Shown: in pieces, positions 24,862 to 32,000 of the stretch | Layout of the letters: every line of letters starts with the position of its first letter | Numbering within the stretch: the stretch's first letter is position 1 | Assembly: GCF_007748075.1 (NCBI RefSeq) | Contig: NZ_CP036280.1 | Location: forward strand, 570,001 to 602,000 | Source of the DNA: Mucisphaera calidilacus | Lineage (GTDB): Bacteria > Planctomycetota > Phycisphaerae > Phycisphaerales > Phycisphaeraceae | DNA length: 32,000 nucleotides | Reading direction: 5' to 3' | Notes under the pieces: model-generated | Databases searched by the model: none | What the model was told of the DNA's origin: nothing | The model's input: the letters and a program-made list of their open reading frames with translations, nothing else | Made by a program: the position numbers and the translations under genes

Positions 24862-27171
24862 TCAGCGGCCGTCAGAGCCGAGGATGGTGATGGAATAGCC
24901 CGGAAGACGCAGCGACGAAGACAGCCGCAGCTCCGCACGATCAAGCAATTCAGGCGAACTCATGTACAGCGTCGGCGCACCCGAGTACTGGAGCCCCACG
25001 TCCTCGGTGATCCCCAGCGAACGCACGTCCACCTCCACCGCGTCAGGCGTCAGGTTCAGCAGCACGCCCCGCGGCCCGAGCTCCCCGCCCGAATCCGAGA
25101 AACGCCAGCCGCGGATCAGCGGCAGAGGCGACGACCCGCCCTCAACCTCCAGCTCAACCTCCCCACCGAAATCAACCGACGCCACACGGTCACGGCCGTT
25201 CGCCGCGTGACCGAACAACGACATCACCAGGCCCGTCGGCGTGACGGCAAGAGGTTCGGCCTTGGCGTCGGCGTCCTTGACGAGAAGGCCGTCGAAGGTG
25301 GACCCGTTGCGGTCGTGCAAGGCGTTGAACAGGTTGCCGCCGTACGGATTGTGGAAGCACAAGAGCGTCACGTTCTCGTCCTCGAGAAACACCGACAGCA
25401 TCGAGGACAACGCCAGGCCCTGCGCCCACGTGTGACGCACACCACCCATCCGGTCGTTCACGTTGAACTCCGTCAGCCACAGGTCATAAGGCGTAAGCTC
25501 CGGGAAGCTGTGACGGATGTGCCCCCACTCCTCGTGCGGCACCAGCATCATGAACTGAACCGCCTCCGGATCCTGCAACAGACGCGCCTGCTCGTTCTGC
25601 TGCTCCGCACTGCCCCACGGCCGCGGGCCGCCCGGCAGCAGCCCCACACCCGCGTACGGGTGAAGCGTCACCGCATCCACCTCATCCGAAAGGTGCGGGA
25701 TCACGTGCTGATTCCACGTCCGACGACGCTCGCTCACGTGAGGCGGACCGCCGTCCGAACCGATCACCGCAACCTTCGCCTCCGGAAACTCGGCCTTGAT
25801 CGCCGACGTCCACACGTTGCACGCCTCCGCGTAAGCCTCAGGCGTCGGGAACTTCACGTGCACCAGCGGCTCCGCACCAATCCCGAAAAAATACTCGTTC
25901 CCCAACTCAACGTACTTCACCGGCATCCCCAGTCGCTCCGCGCGACGAAGCTGCCCAAGCTGATTCTCGAGGTCCTTCGTCACCATGTTCAGCATGAACA
26001 CAGGCGTGAAACCCAGACGCTTCTGACCCTTCGCGTAATTCTCGAGCGTGTACGTCCGCGAGTCCTCCACCATCCCCTGAACCCAGTGCATCATCCGATC
26101 ACGCGGCGCGTTCCGGTCAAGCCACCCCGTGTCCCAGTCCCAGTAATTCCCGATCGTGCCGGCCGGGTATCGGAGGTTGCCCAGGTTGAGTTGTCGCATC
26201 GCGTCGGAGAGGTCGCGGTTGTCCCAGAACTGCGACACCGCCGTCAGGTTGCCGTTCATCCCCACGTAGTCGCGGGCGATCTCTCGCTCCTCGCCGAGAC
26301 GCGCCGTCACGCGGCTCGGCGGACGAACCAGCGGATACGCCGCCCAGGGCGACGACGACAACTGCTCCTCAACATCCGTCCCCAGGCTCGCCTGAGCCAA
26401 TCCCCCCGAGACCTGATCCGCCATCAGCCGCGCAACACCAATCCGGTACGGATCATTCCCATACAGCTTCATCGCGCGCACCGTCGGCAGCAACGCCGTC
26501 TCGGTCAGCGATGACGACGACCAGTCAATCCCGTGATCCACCTCCGCCGCCCCCAGCAGCGTCTCGCCATCAAGCGTCAGACGCACCGAAGCGTCATCAA
26601 CCTCAAGCCGGAGCGTCTTGCCCTCCAGCGAGCTCGGACCCTCCGTCTGACCCTCATAAATCACCTCCGTCTCACCGCCCGCACGCAACTCCACACGCGC
26701 CGACACCCGACCACGCCGCCCACGCTCCTTCACACAACCCACGATCGCCTGAATCGACGGATCGCCTCCCTGACCCGTAAACCCGAAGCCGATCTGCGCC
26801 GCCGCACGGTCGACATACTGAAACGTCGGGTACGACGAAACACTCACGTCGATCGACGCCTCAGAACCCGGCCCCAGACCCACCTTGTACGTCCGGTGCG
26901 TCAGACTCGTTTGGCCAAACCCCGGCCCCTCGCCGCCTCCCTTCGGCTGCGACGCCACCAGCATCACACCACGCTCGCCCGATGCCTTCTGCACGCGATT
27001 CGACATCGGACCGATCGGCCAACGGCCAACCTTCCAGTCCGCCTCCACCAGCTGCACGTCGGCGTAGTGCCCGAAGTGCACCTCCAGCAGCGCGCCACCA
27101 ACCCACGAACCACACATCAACAACACAACAACAGCGAGCGCACCACAACGGCTCATGCAGGTCTGCAGCAT
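24862..27171 (-). CDS. secreted two-part protein: lectin/LamG-like N-domain + clan GH-A-like hydrolase (distant paralog of 20866..22845), no PEP-CTERM
   Basis: Signal peptide (CGALAVVVLLMCGSWVGG). 'LRLEVDDASVRLTLDGETLLG' looks like a beta-sandwich. The catalytic half has 'LRYPAGTIGNYWDW', 'YVELGNEYFFG' and 'LWLTEFNVND'. GAAGG lies 7 nt before ATG 27171. Confidence 0.7.
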   Translation of the reverse strand: MLQTCMSRCGALAVVVLLMCGSWVGGALLEVHFGHYADVQLVEADWKVGRWPIGPMSNRVQKASGERGVMLVASQPKGGGEGPGFGQTSLTHRTYKVGLGPGSEASIDVSVSSYPTFQYVDRAAAQIGFGFTGQGGDPSIQAIVGCVKERGRRGRVSARVELRAGGETEVIYEGQTEGPSSLEGKTLRLEVDDASVRLTLDGETLLGAAEVDHGIDWSSSSLTETALLPTVRAMKLYGNDPYRIGVARLMADQVSGGLAQASLGTDVEEQLSSSPWAAYPLVRPPSRVTARLGEEREIARDYVGMNGNLTAVSQFWDNRDLSDAMRQLNLGNLRYPAGTIGNYWDWDTGWLDRNAPRDRMMHWVQGMVEDSRTYTLENYAKGQKRLGFTPVFMLNMVTKDLENQLGQLRRAERLGMPVKYVELGNEYFFGIGAEPLVHVKFPTPEAYAEACNVWTSAIKAEFPEAKVAVIGSDGGPPHVSERRRTWNQHVIPHLSDEVDAVTLHPYAGVGLLPGGPRPWGSAEQQNEQARLLQDPEAVQFMMLVPHEEWGHIRHSFPELTPYDLWLTEFNVNDRMGGVRHTWAQGLALSSMLSVFLEDENVTLLCFHNPYGGNLFNALHDRNGSTFDGLLVKDADAKAEPLAVTPTGLVMSLFGHAANGRDRVASVDFGGEVELEVEGGSSPLPLIRGWRFSDSGGELGPRGVLLNLTPDAVEVDVRSLGITEDVGLQYSGAPTLYMSSPELLDRAELRLSSSLRLPGYSITILGSDGR

Positions 27172-27199
27172 CGATCAGCCTTCAGTATGTCGAATCCAG

Positions 27200-27225
27200 A
27201 AAAACCCCGGGCAACACGCCCGGGG
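27200..27225 (-). terminator. intrinsic terminator after the small PEP-CTERM gene (minus strand: CCCCGGGC-gtgtt-GCCCGGGG-TTTTT)
   Basis: An 8-bp all-GC stem, a 5-nt loop and a T5 tract on the minus strand. It lies 15 nt after the stop at 27240 and 28 nt before ATG 27171. Confidence 0.7.
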
Positions 27226-27239
27226 CATCAAAGTCTTCA

Positions 27240-27911
27240 TCAACGACGACGCATCCCGCAAAGCCCCAGCAGCGCCAGACCCGCGGCCAGGCTGCTCGGC
27301 GTCGGAACCGGAGCGGCTTCAAAGGTCACGAAGCGCGGGCGGTACTTCGTTTCGGGGCCGGCGGCCATGATCAGCTTCTCGCCAGCGGCGAGGACGGTGT
27401 TCGCGTTGAAGCTGTATTCGATCTTGCCGTTGCCGCCACCCGGGATCACGAGCGACGCTGCACCGATCGATACGTCGATGGATTCGCCGTCACCAAGGAG
27501 CGTCACCGCGGTCGAGGTCAGCGTCACGTCGATCGGGTTCATCGCGCTGTCGAAGAACGAGAAGGCGATGGCCTCGTCGTAGACCTGGCCGTTGCCAGTG
27601 TTGATCTGATCGATAGCGCCCCCGTCGTCGCCACCGACATTCGGGCCAGTTGAGTTGATGCCCGCGCCATTGTTGCCGCCACCACCATTGTTGGTCAGAT
27701 CGACCGTGCCCCCGACGTTCAGCGCATTGCCGAGGGCTTCGACGACGACCTTCACACTCGGGTCGGGGGTCAACGTGACGGACGGCTGGCCGTCACCCGT
27801 AACGAGGCCCGCATACTCGCTGCCCGAAATCAGGCTGACCTCCATCGTCGCGCCAAGCGACGCCGAAGCCGCAAAACACCCAACCAGAGCACACTGCGTT
27901 AAACGAATCAT
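27240..27911 (-). CDS. small secreted Gly/Asn-rich PEP-CTERM protein (V-P-T-P variant)
   Basis: ATG 27911 is preceded by a perfect AAGGAGG, so the track's 28004 start is rejected. Signal peptide ends ...AASASLGA. The C-terminus is 'VPTPSSLAAGLALLGLCGMRRR'. Confidence 0.75.
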   Translation of the reverse strand: MIRLTQCALVGCFAASASLGATMEVSLISGSEYAGLVTGDGQPSVTLTPDPSVKVVVEALGNALNVGGTVDLTNNGGGGNNGAGINSTGPNVGGDDGGAIDQINTGNGQVYDEAIAFSFFDSAMNPIDVTLTSTAVTLLGDGESIDVSIGAASLVIPGGGNGKIEYSFNANTVLAAGEKLIMAAGPETKYRPRFVTFEAAPVPTPSSLAAGLALLGLCGMRRR

Positions 27912-28007
27912 CTCATTCCTCCTTACAAAGAAAACCAGAATGGCCAAAGTGAATCCATGACATGAAAAAACCAGATACACAAGGGCACACAGCCCTGAAA
28001 CCACAAA

Positions 28008-29138
28008 CTAAACCGAACCACGCGGGGCACCGATGCTCCCACGCTCACGCAACACAGGCTGCAACTGCACCGACCGATACGTCGGCTGATCGCCCTCGAT
28101 CAACTGCTGCAGCAGAAACACCGACCGCCGTCCGATCGCTTCCGTCGGGCGATCCAGCATCGTGATCCCCTGATCCATCAGACCAAGACCCTCCATGTCG
28201 CCGCCCATCCCCACGATCGACAAGTCCTCCGGCACACGGATCCCCCTGCGACGAGCCGCCAGCAACGCACCCGCCGCACGGTTCGGCGTCACCGCCACCA
28301 ACGCCGTCAACTCCGGATAACGCTCCAGAATCACCTCCGCCGTCCGAATCCCGTCCTCAAACGGGTTCTCGCCATCCAGCGTCGCGGCATTGCCCTCGAC
28401 CACCGGCACGTCGCTCAGCTTCCGACCAATCTCCGCCAGCGCCGACCCCATCCCCAGTCGAAGCTCGCCACTCGTCCGTGCGTCCGTGTTGTTGTCCAGG
28501 ACCCCGATCTGGCGATGACCCGCGTCCGTCAGCAACGCGATCGCCTGACGACCCATCTCAAACTCGTCCGTCACCACCGCCGGGGCGCTGTTGCTCTCGT
28601 CCACCGTGATCAGCGACTGCACACAGGGCAAACCACGCTCACGCAACGTCTGAATCGCCTCCGCGTAGCGCTTGAAAGGCGGCGGCACGATGATCACACC
28701 CGAAACAAACGCACGGTCCAGACGCGACAGAATGTTCATCTGCTCGTCGAAATTCGCCTCCGCGGCCTCGATCACCAGACGGTAATGCGTCCCCGATAAA
28801 CCATCGTGAACGCCCTTCATTAAACGCGTCACGTAATGCGAGCAGACCATCGGCAGCAGCAGGGCAATATCGTGCACTTTGAAGTCCGGTTTCGAGACGA
28901 AAACACCGCGGCGGGCATCCACACGCAGGTAACCGTCCGCCGTCAGGTCGTTGATCGCCTGGCGAACCACCGCCATGCTCACCGACATCTCCTCGCTCAA
29001 CTGACGCATGCTCGGCAACTGCTCGCCGTGACCGATCAACTCTCCCTCGATGTGCTCCCGGAGCACATCATGCACCTGTCGCGCAAGCGAAACAGGCTTA
29101 TTCGGATCAATCACGGCGTGAAAACGAGCCTTAGACAT
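28008..29138 (-). CDS. AraR-type chimeric regulator (GntR winged-HTH + LacI/PBP1 sugar-binding domain), copy 2
   Basis: 'LPSMRQLSEEMSVSMAVVRQAINDLTADGYLRVDARRGVFV' followed by 'DIALLLP...SGVIIVPP...GHRQIGVL'. It aligns along its whole length with 15681..16814, at roughly one third identity by eye. Confidence 0.85.
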   Translation of the reverse strand: MSKARFHAVIDPNKPVSLARQVHDVLREHIEGELIGHGEQLPSMRQLSEEMSVSMAVVRQAINDLTADGYLRVDARRGVFVSKPDFKVHDIALLLPMVCSHYVTRLMKGVHDGLSGTHYRLVIEAAEANFDEQMNILSRLDRAFVSGVIIVPPPFKRYAEAIQTLRERGLPCVQSLITVDESNSAPAVVTDEFEMGRQAIALLTDAGHRQIGVLDNNTDARTSGELRLGMGSALAEIGRKLSDVPVVEGNAATLDGENPFEDGIRTAEVILERYPELTALVAVTPNRAAGALLAARRRGIRVPEDLSIVGMGGDMEGLGLMDQGITMLDRPTEAIGRRSVFLLQQLIEGDQPTYRSVQLQPVLRERGSIGAPRGSV

Positions 29139-29145
29139 CCACCTA

Positions 29146-29173
29146 ACTATAACAGATCAACTGTGCGCAGCAA
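29146..29173 (-). promoter_or_regulatory. sigma70-like promoter of regulator 2 (minus strand): TTGCTG-16 nt-TATAGT, with the -10 ending 7 nt before the ATG
   Basis: The minus strand reads ttgctg-cgcacagttgatctgt-tatagt-taggtgg-ATG. The 16-nt spacer is the operator candidate. Confidence 0.4.
29151..29169. promoter_or_regulatory. operator candidate AACAGATCAACTGTGCGCA in the divergent regulator-2 / sulfatase-5 intergenic region
   Basis: It is 17/19 identical to 4581-4599 and contains ACAG-N5-CTGT. It fills the spacer of the predicted minus-strand promoter of regulator 2. Confidence 0.5.
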
Positions 29174-29312
29174 TACTTTTCACCACAATCAGCCCACGCC
29201 GCGCACAGATCGACCCCCAACCGCTATTCTGAGAGCACAGAATCCCGTGTGACTGAATCAGACACCATAAATTACCCAGCTTAAACACACCATCACCCCT
29301 GGCAGACTCGAA

Positions 29313-30770
29313 ATGAACAAAGATCATCCGAACATCCTCTACATCTTTGCCGACGACTGGGGCTATGGCGACATCTCCTGCCTCAACCCCGACTCCAAAA
29401 TCCACACCCCCTGCACCGACAAGCTCGCCGAGCAGGGCATGACCTTCACCGACGCCCACAGCAGCTCGGCCGTCTGCACGCCCAGCCGGTACAGCGTCCT
29501 CACCGGAAGATACTGCTGGCGCGGACCCCTCAAGTCCAGCGTCCTCGGCGGATGGGACGAACTGCTCATCGAGGACGACCGAATGACCGTCGCCTCGCTC
29601 CTCCGCGACAAGGGCTACCGGACCGCCTGCATCGGCAAGTGGCACCTCGGACTCGGATGGCACCACAACACACAGCCCCCCACAAGACACAACGGCTTCT
29701 ACGAGTGGAACGACGATCGCATCGACGTCGACTTCACCAAAACACTCACCAAGGGACCCCACACCGTCGGTTTCGACGTCTCCTTCATCATCCCCGCATC
29801 ACTCGACATCGTCCCCTACTGCTTCATCGAGAACGGACACGTCCACGACCTGCCCATGCGACACGTCGAAGACTCGCCCCGACCCGCCGAGTACCGAGGC
29901 GGACCCTGCGCACGCGGACTCCAGCACGAGACCGTCCTCCTCGAGTTCACCAACCGCGCCGAACAGTTCATCGCCGACCACGCACGCGAGTCCCCCGACA
30001 AGCCCTTCTTCCTCTACCTCCCGCTCCCCTCGCCGCACACCCCCCACGTCCCCCGCGAACCCTTCCAGGGCACCAGCGAATGCGGCGCCTACGGCGACTA
30101 CGTCGTCGAGCACGACTGGTCCATCGGACGCGTCCTCGAAACACTCGAACGATCCGGACTCGCCGACGACACACTCGTCATCGTCACCTCCGACAACGGT
30201 GCCCACATCCGCGGACAGGGCATGAAGGCCGACATGCCCTTCGACTTCGAGCAGCAGTACGGACATCGCTCCAACCACATCTACCGCGGACAGAAAACCG
30301 ACGCGTGGGACGGCGGGCACCGAATCCCCTACATCGCTCGATGGCCAGGCGTCATCGAACCCGGATCCACCTGCGACCACCCCATCTGCCTCACCGACCT
30401 CCTCGCCACCGTCGCCGAACTCCACGGCGAAGACCTGCCCGACGACGCCGGCGAAGACAGCCTCTCCACGCTCCCGCTCATGCACCAGCAACAACCCGGC
30501 AGCGGACGACAGGCCATCGTGCACCACAGCGGAGGCGGCGAATTCGCCATCCGGCAAGGCAACTGGAAACTCATCGACTGCCCCGGCTCAGGCGGGTGGT
30601 CCATGCCCCCCGGCAAGGTCCCCGACGACGCGCCACCACGACAACTCTACAACCTCGACAACGACATCGAAGAACAACACAACCTCATCGGACAACACCC
30701 CGACGTCGAACAACGACTCCTCACGCTCCTCGATCAGTACAAGACCAACAACCGGAGCGTCGACCGCTGA
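29313..30770 (+). CDS. arylsulfatase-A-like sulfatase (C-T-P-S-R type), no signal peptide
   Basis: 'NILYIFADDWGYGD', 'SSAVCTPSRYSVLTGRY', 'GKWHLG' and 'VIVTSDNG'. Confidence 0.9.
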   Translation: MNKDHPNILYIFADDWGYGDISCLNPDSKIHTPCTDKLAEQGMTFTDAHSSSAVCTPSRYSVLTGRYCWRGPLKSSVLGGWDELLIEDDRMTVASLLRDKGYRTACIGKWHLGLGWHHNTQPPTRHNGFYEWNDDRIDVDFTKTLTKGPHTVGFDVSFIIPASLDIVPYCFIENGHVHDLPMRHVEDSPRPAEYRGGPCARGLQHETVLLEFTNRAEQFIADHARESPDKPFFLYLPLPSPHTPHVPREPFQGTSECGAYGDYVVEHDWSIGRVLETLERSGLADDTLVIVTSDNGAHIRGQGMKADMPFDFEQQYGHRSNHIYRGQKTDAWDGGHRIPYIARWPGVIEPGSTCDHPICLTDLLATVAELHGEDLPDDAGEDSLSTLPLMHQQQPGSGRQAIVHHSGGGEFAIRQGNWKLIDCPGSGGWSMPPGKVPDDAPPRQLYNLDNDIEEQHNLIGQHPDVEQRLLTLLDQYKTNNRSVDR

Positions 30771-30851
30771 CCACAACACCACCCCGAGGCCCGCGCATCA
30801 GCCAGACCCCGCCCACAGAATCCCGCATCGATCTCTAGCGATGCCGACGGC

Positions 30852-32000
30852 TCACGCGTACGACGACCCACCCTCTTCGCCACGCTCCGCACGGGCCTTC
30901 TTCCGCTCACGCCCGAGCTGCTTGATCACGCCGCTCTTCCGCAGCGCCGCCAACGGGTCCTTCTCCAGTTTCTGACCCTTCCGCCACGCCTCCAGCGCAG
31001 GCGATACGTCGGTATCAAACGCCGACTTGAGCAGCACCTCCGCGCCCGTGATGTCCCCCTTCGCCTGCGCCCTGGCCAACGCCTCGCGGTCCACAATCTG
31101 CGCCTTCACAAAAAGCTTCTGCGCCTCGCACACCGTCTGCACCATCGCCTCGAGCTTCGGCTTGAGGTTGTGCGACTGGTCCACCATGTAATCCACAGGC
31201 GTCGAGCCCGGCGCCTTCTTCGCTTCGAACTCAAACTGCGCAATCTCGTTGAAGATCCGGAACACCGCATAAGGATCGATGCTCCCCAGCGTCAGGTCGT
31301 CGTCCGCGTACTTGCGATCGTTGAAGTGGAACCCGCCCAGACGGCCCTCGTTCAGCAGCAACGCCACGATCTGCTCGATGTTGCAGCCCGGCAGGTGATG
31401 CCCCGTGTCCACCAGAACCTTCGCCTGCGGACCCGCGTGCTGACACAGCAGCAGCGACGCACCCCAGTCCGGAATGTCCGTGTGATAGAACGCCGGCTCG
31501 AACGGCTTGTACTCGATCAGCAGCTTCGCCCCACGCCACGAACGACCCATCTTCAGGTGCAGCTGCTTCATCGCATCCTTCAGATCGTTGAAACGCCGAC
31601 GGATGTTGTCCTGTCCCGGGTAGTTCGTCCCGTCCGCCAGCCACATCGAGATCGACTTCGAACCCACCGCCGCACCCAGCGCGACCGAGTCCAGCGTGTG
31701 ATCCATCGCCGACTGACGCGCCGAAGCATCCGGCGAGCAGAACGAACCGAGCTTGTACGCCTGGTCCTGGAACACGTTCGGGTTGATGCTCCCGATCTTC
31801 ACGCCGTGCTTCCGCGCCAGACGCCGGGTCGTCTTCGCAGAAGCAGGGTCGGTCGGATCATCAAAGTCCCACAGCACATGCACCGCCACCGTCGGGCACG
31901 CGCCCGTCAACGCGTTCACCAGACCCGCGTCGTGCAGCTTCTCCTCCAGCGTCGAGGCCGCCGCGTCCTGCATGAACTTCCCGAAACGCGTCCCGGTGTT
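30852..32000 (-). CDS. L-rhamnose isomerase, xylose-isomerase-like TIM-barrel type (N-terminus beyond window)
   Basis: The ORF stays open to nt 32000 (...NTGTRFGKFMQD...). 'INPNVFQDQAYKLGS', 'MWLADGTNYPGQDN' and 'VDTGHH' match my recollection of Pseudomonas stutzeri/Rhizobium-type L-RhI. No alignment was run. Confidence 0.65.
   Translation of the reverse strand, partial: NTGTRFGKFMQDAAASTLEEKLHDAGLVNALTGACPTVAVHVLWDFDDPTDPASAKTTRRLARKHGVKIGSINPNVFQDQAYKLGSFCSPDASARQSAMDHTLDSVALGAAVGSKSISMWLADGTNYPGQDNIRRRFNDLKDAMKQLHLKMGRSWRGAKLLIEYKPFEPAFYHTDIPDWGASLLLCQHAGPQAKVLVDTGHHLPGCNIEQIVALLLNEGRLGGFHFNDRKYADDDLTLGSIDPYAVFRIFNEIAQFEFEAKKAPGSTPVDYMVDQSHNLKPKLEAMVQTVCEAQKLFVKAQIVDREALARAQAKGDITGAEVLLKSAFDTDVSPALEAWRKGQKLEKDPLAALRKSGVIKQLGRERKKARAERGEEGGSSYA

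Noticed and set aside
20698-26514. 752-aa minus-strand ORF (20698-22956) and 788-aa plus-strand ORF (24148-26514) antisense to the GH-A/dockerin gene and to the SSS/GH-A genes
   Set aside because: They have Gly/Val/Glu/Asp-rich or Arg/His-rich repetitive composition and no domains. The opposite strands encode proteins with signal peptides, catalytic motifs and transporter helices. The same reasoning rejects 10471-12186, 12737-13807, 13458-14696, 13835-15478, 15750-16922, 16885-17667, 22924-23655, 26533-27582, 29552-30838 and the other off-frame ORFs in the track.
1-32000. Search for mobile elements, CRISPR arrays, tRNA/rRNA genes, toxin-antitoxin or phage-defence gene signatures
   Set aside because: I found no integrase, transposase or recombinase motifs, no terminal inverted repeats flanking a block, and no regularly spaced 25-40-nt repeats. 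I found no cloverleaf-like or rRNA-like segments and no nuclease, ATPase or helicase defence-type proteins. Apart from the promoter islands, the base composition looks uniform by eye.

Overview
High-GC bacterial chromosomal segment (about 65-70 % GC by eye, not counted). The gene content suggests Planctomycetota, probably Phycisphaerae-like: an H-X9-DG/DUF1559 pseudopilin, dockerin-like plus PEP-CTERM proteins, and many sulfatases. This placement is an inference, not a search result. I support 24 CDSs and see no rRNA, tRNA, CRISPR array, transposase or integrase. Nt 1-3916 hold a translationally coupled type II secretion / type IV pilus-like assembly string (GspK-like, GspC/PilP-like, GspL-like, GspM-like, TPR lipoprotein), followed by an orphan STAS protein. 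Nt ~4580-32000 form a dense glycan-utilisation island: five formylglycine-type sulfatases, a GH127/DUF1680-like enzyme, a GH38 alpha-mannosidase, and two paralogous AraR-type (GntR-HTH + LacI-type sensor) regulators. The island also has an H-X9-DG pseudopilin, four signal-peptide/PEP-CTERM surface proteins (two with a duplicated dockerin x2 cassette), two divergent clan GH-A-like hydrolases, an SSS permease and an L-rhamnose isomerase running off the 3' edge. Three observations stand out. (1) An ACAGAT/CAGAT-based operator vocabulary links almost all promoter regions of the island, including a 17/19-identical 19-mer 24.5 kb apart and an array of seven same-strand CAGAT copies. (2) Both regulators appear to be leaderless, with the shared motif inside their promoters. 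(3) Proteins with a signal peptide are all binding, anchoring or endo-acting types, while every sulfatase and exo-glycosidase lacks one. This looks like a SusC/D-independent, possibly pseudopilus-assisted uptake system for a sulfated polysaccharide. The many 200-870 aa Arg/Pro/His-rich alternative-frame ORFs in the track are GC-driven shadows of the real genes.
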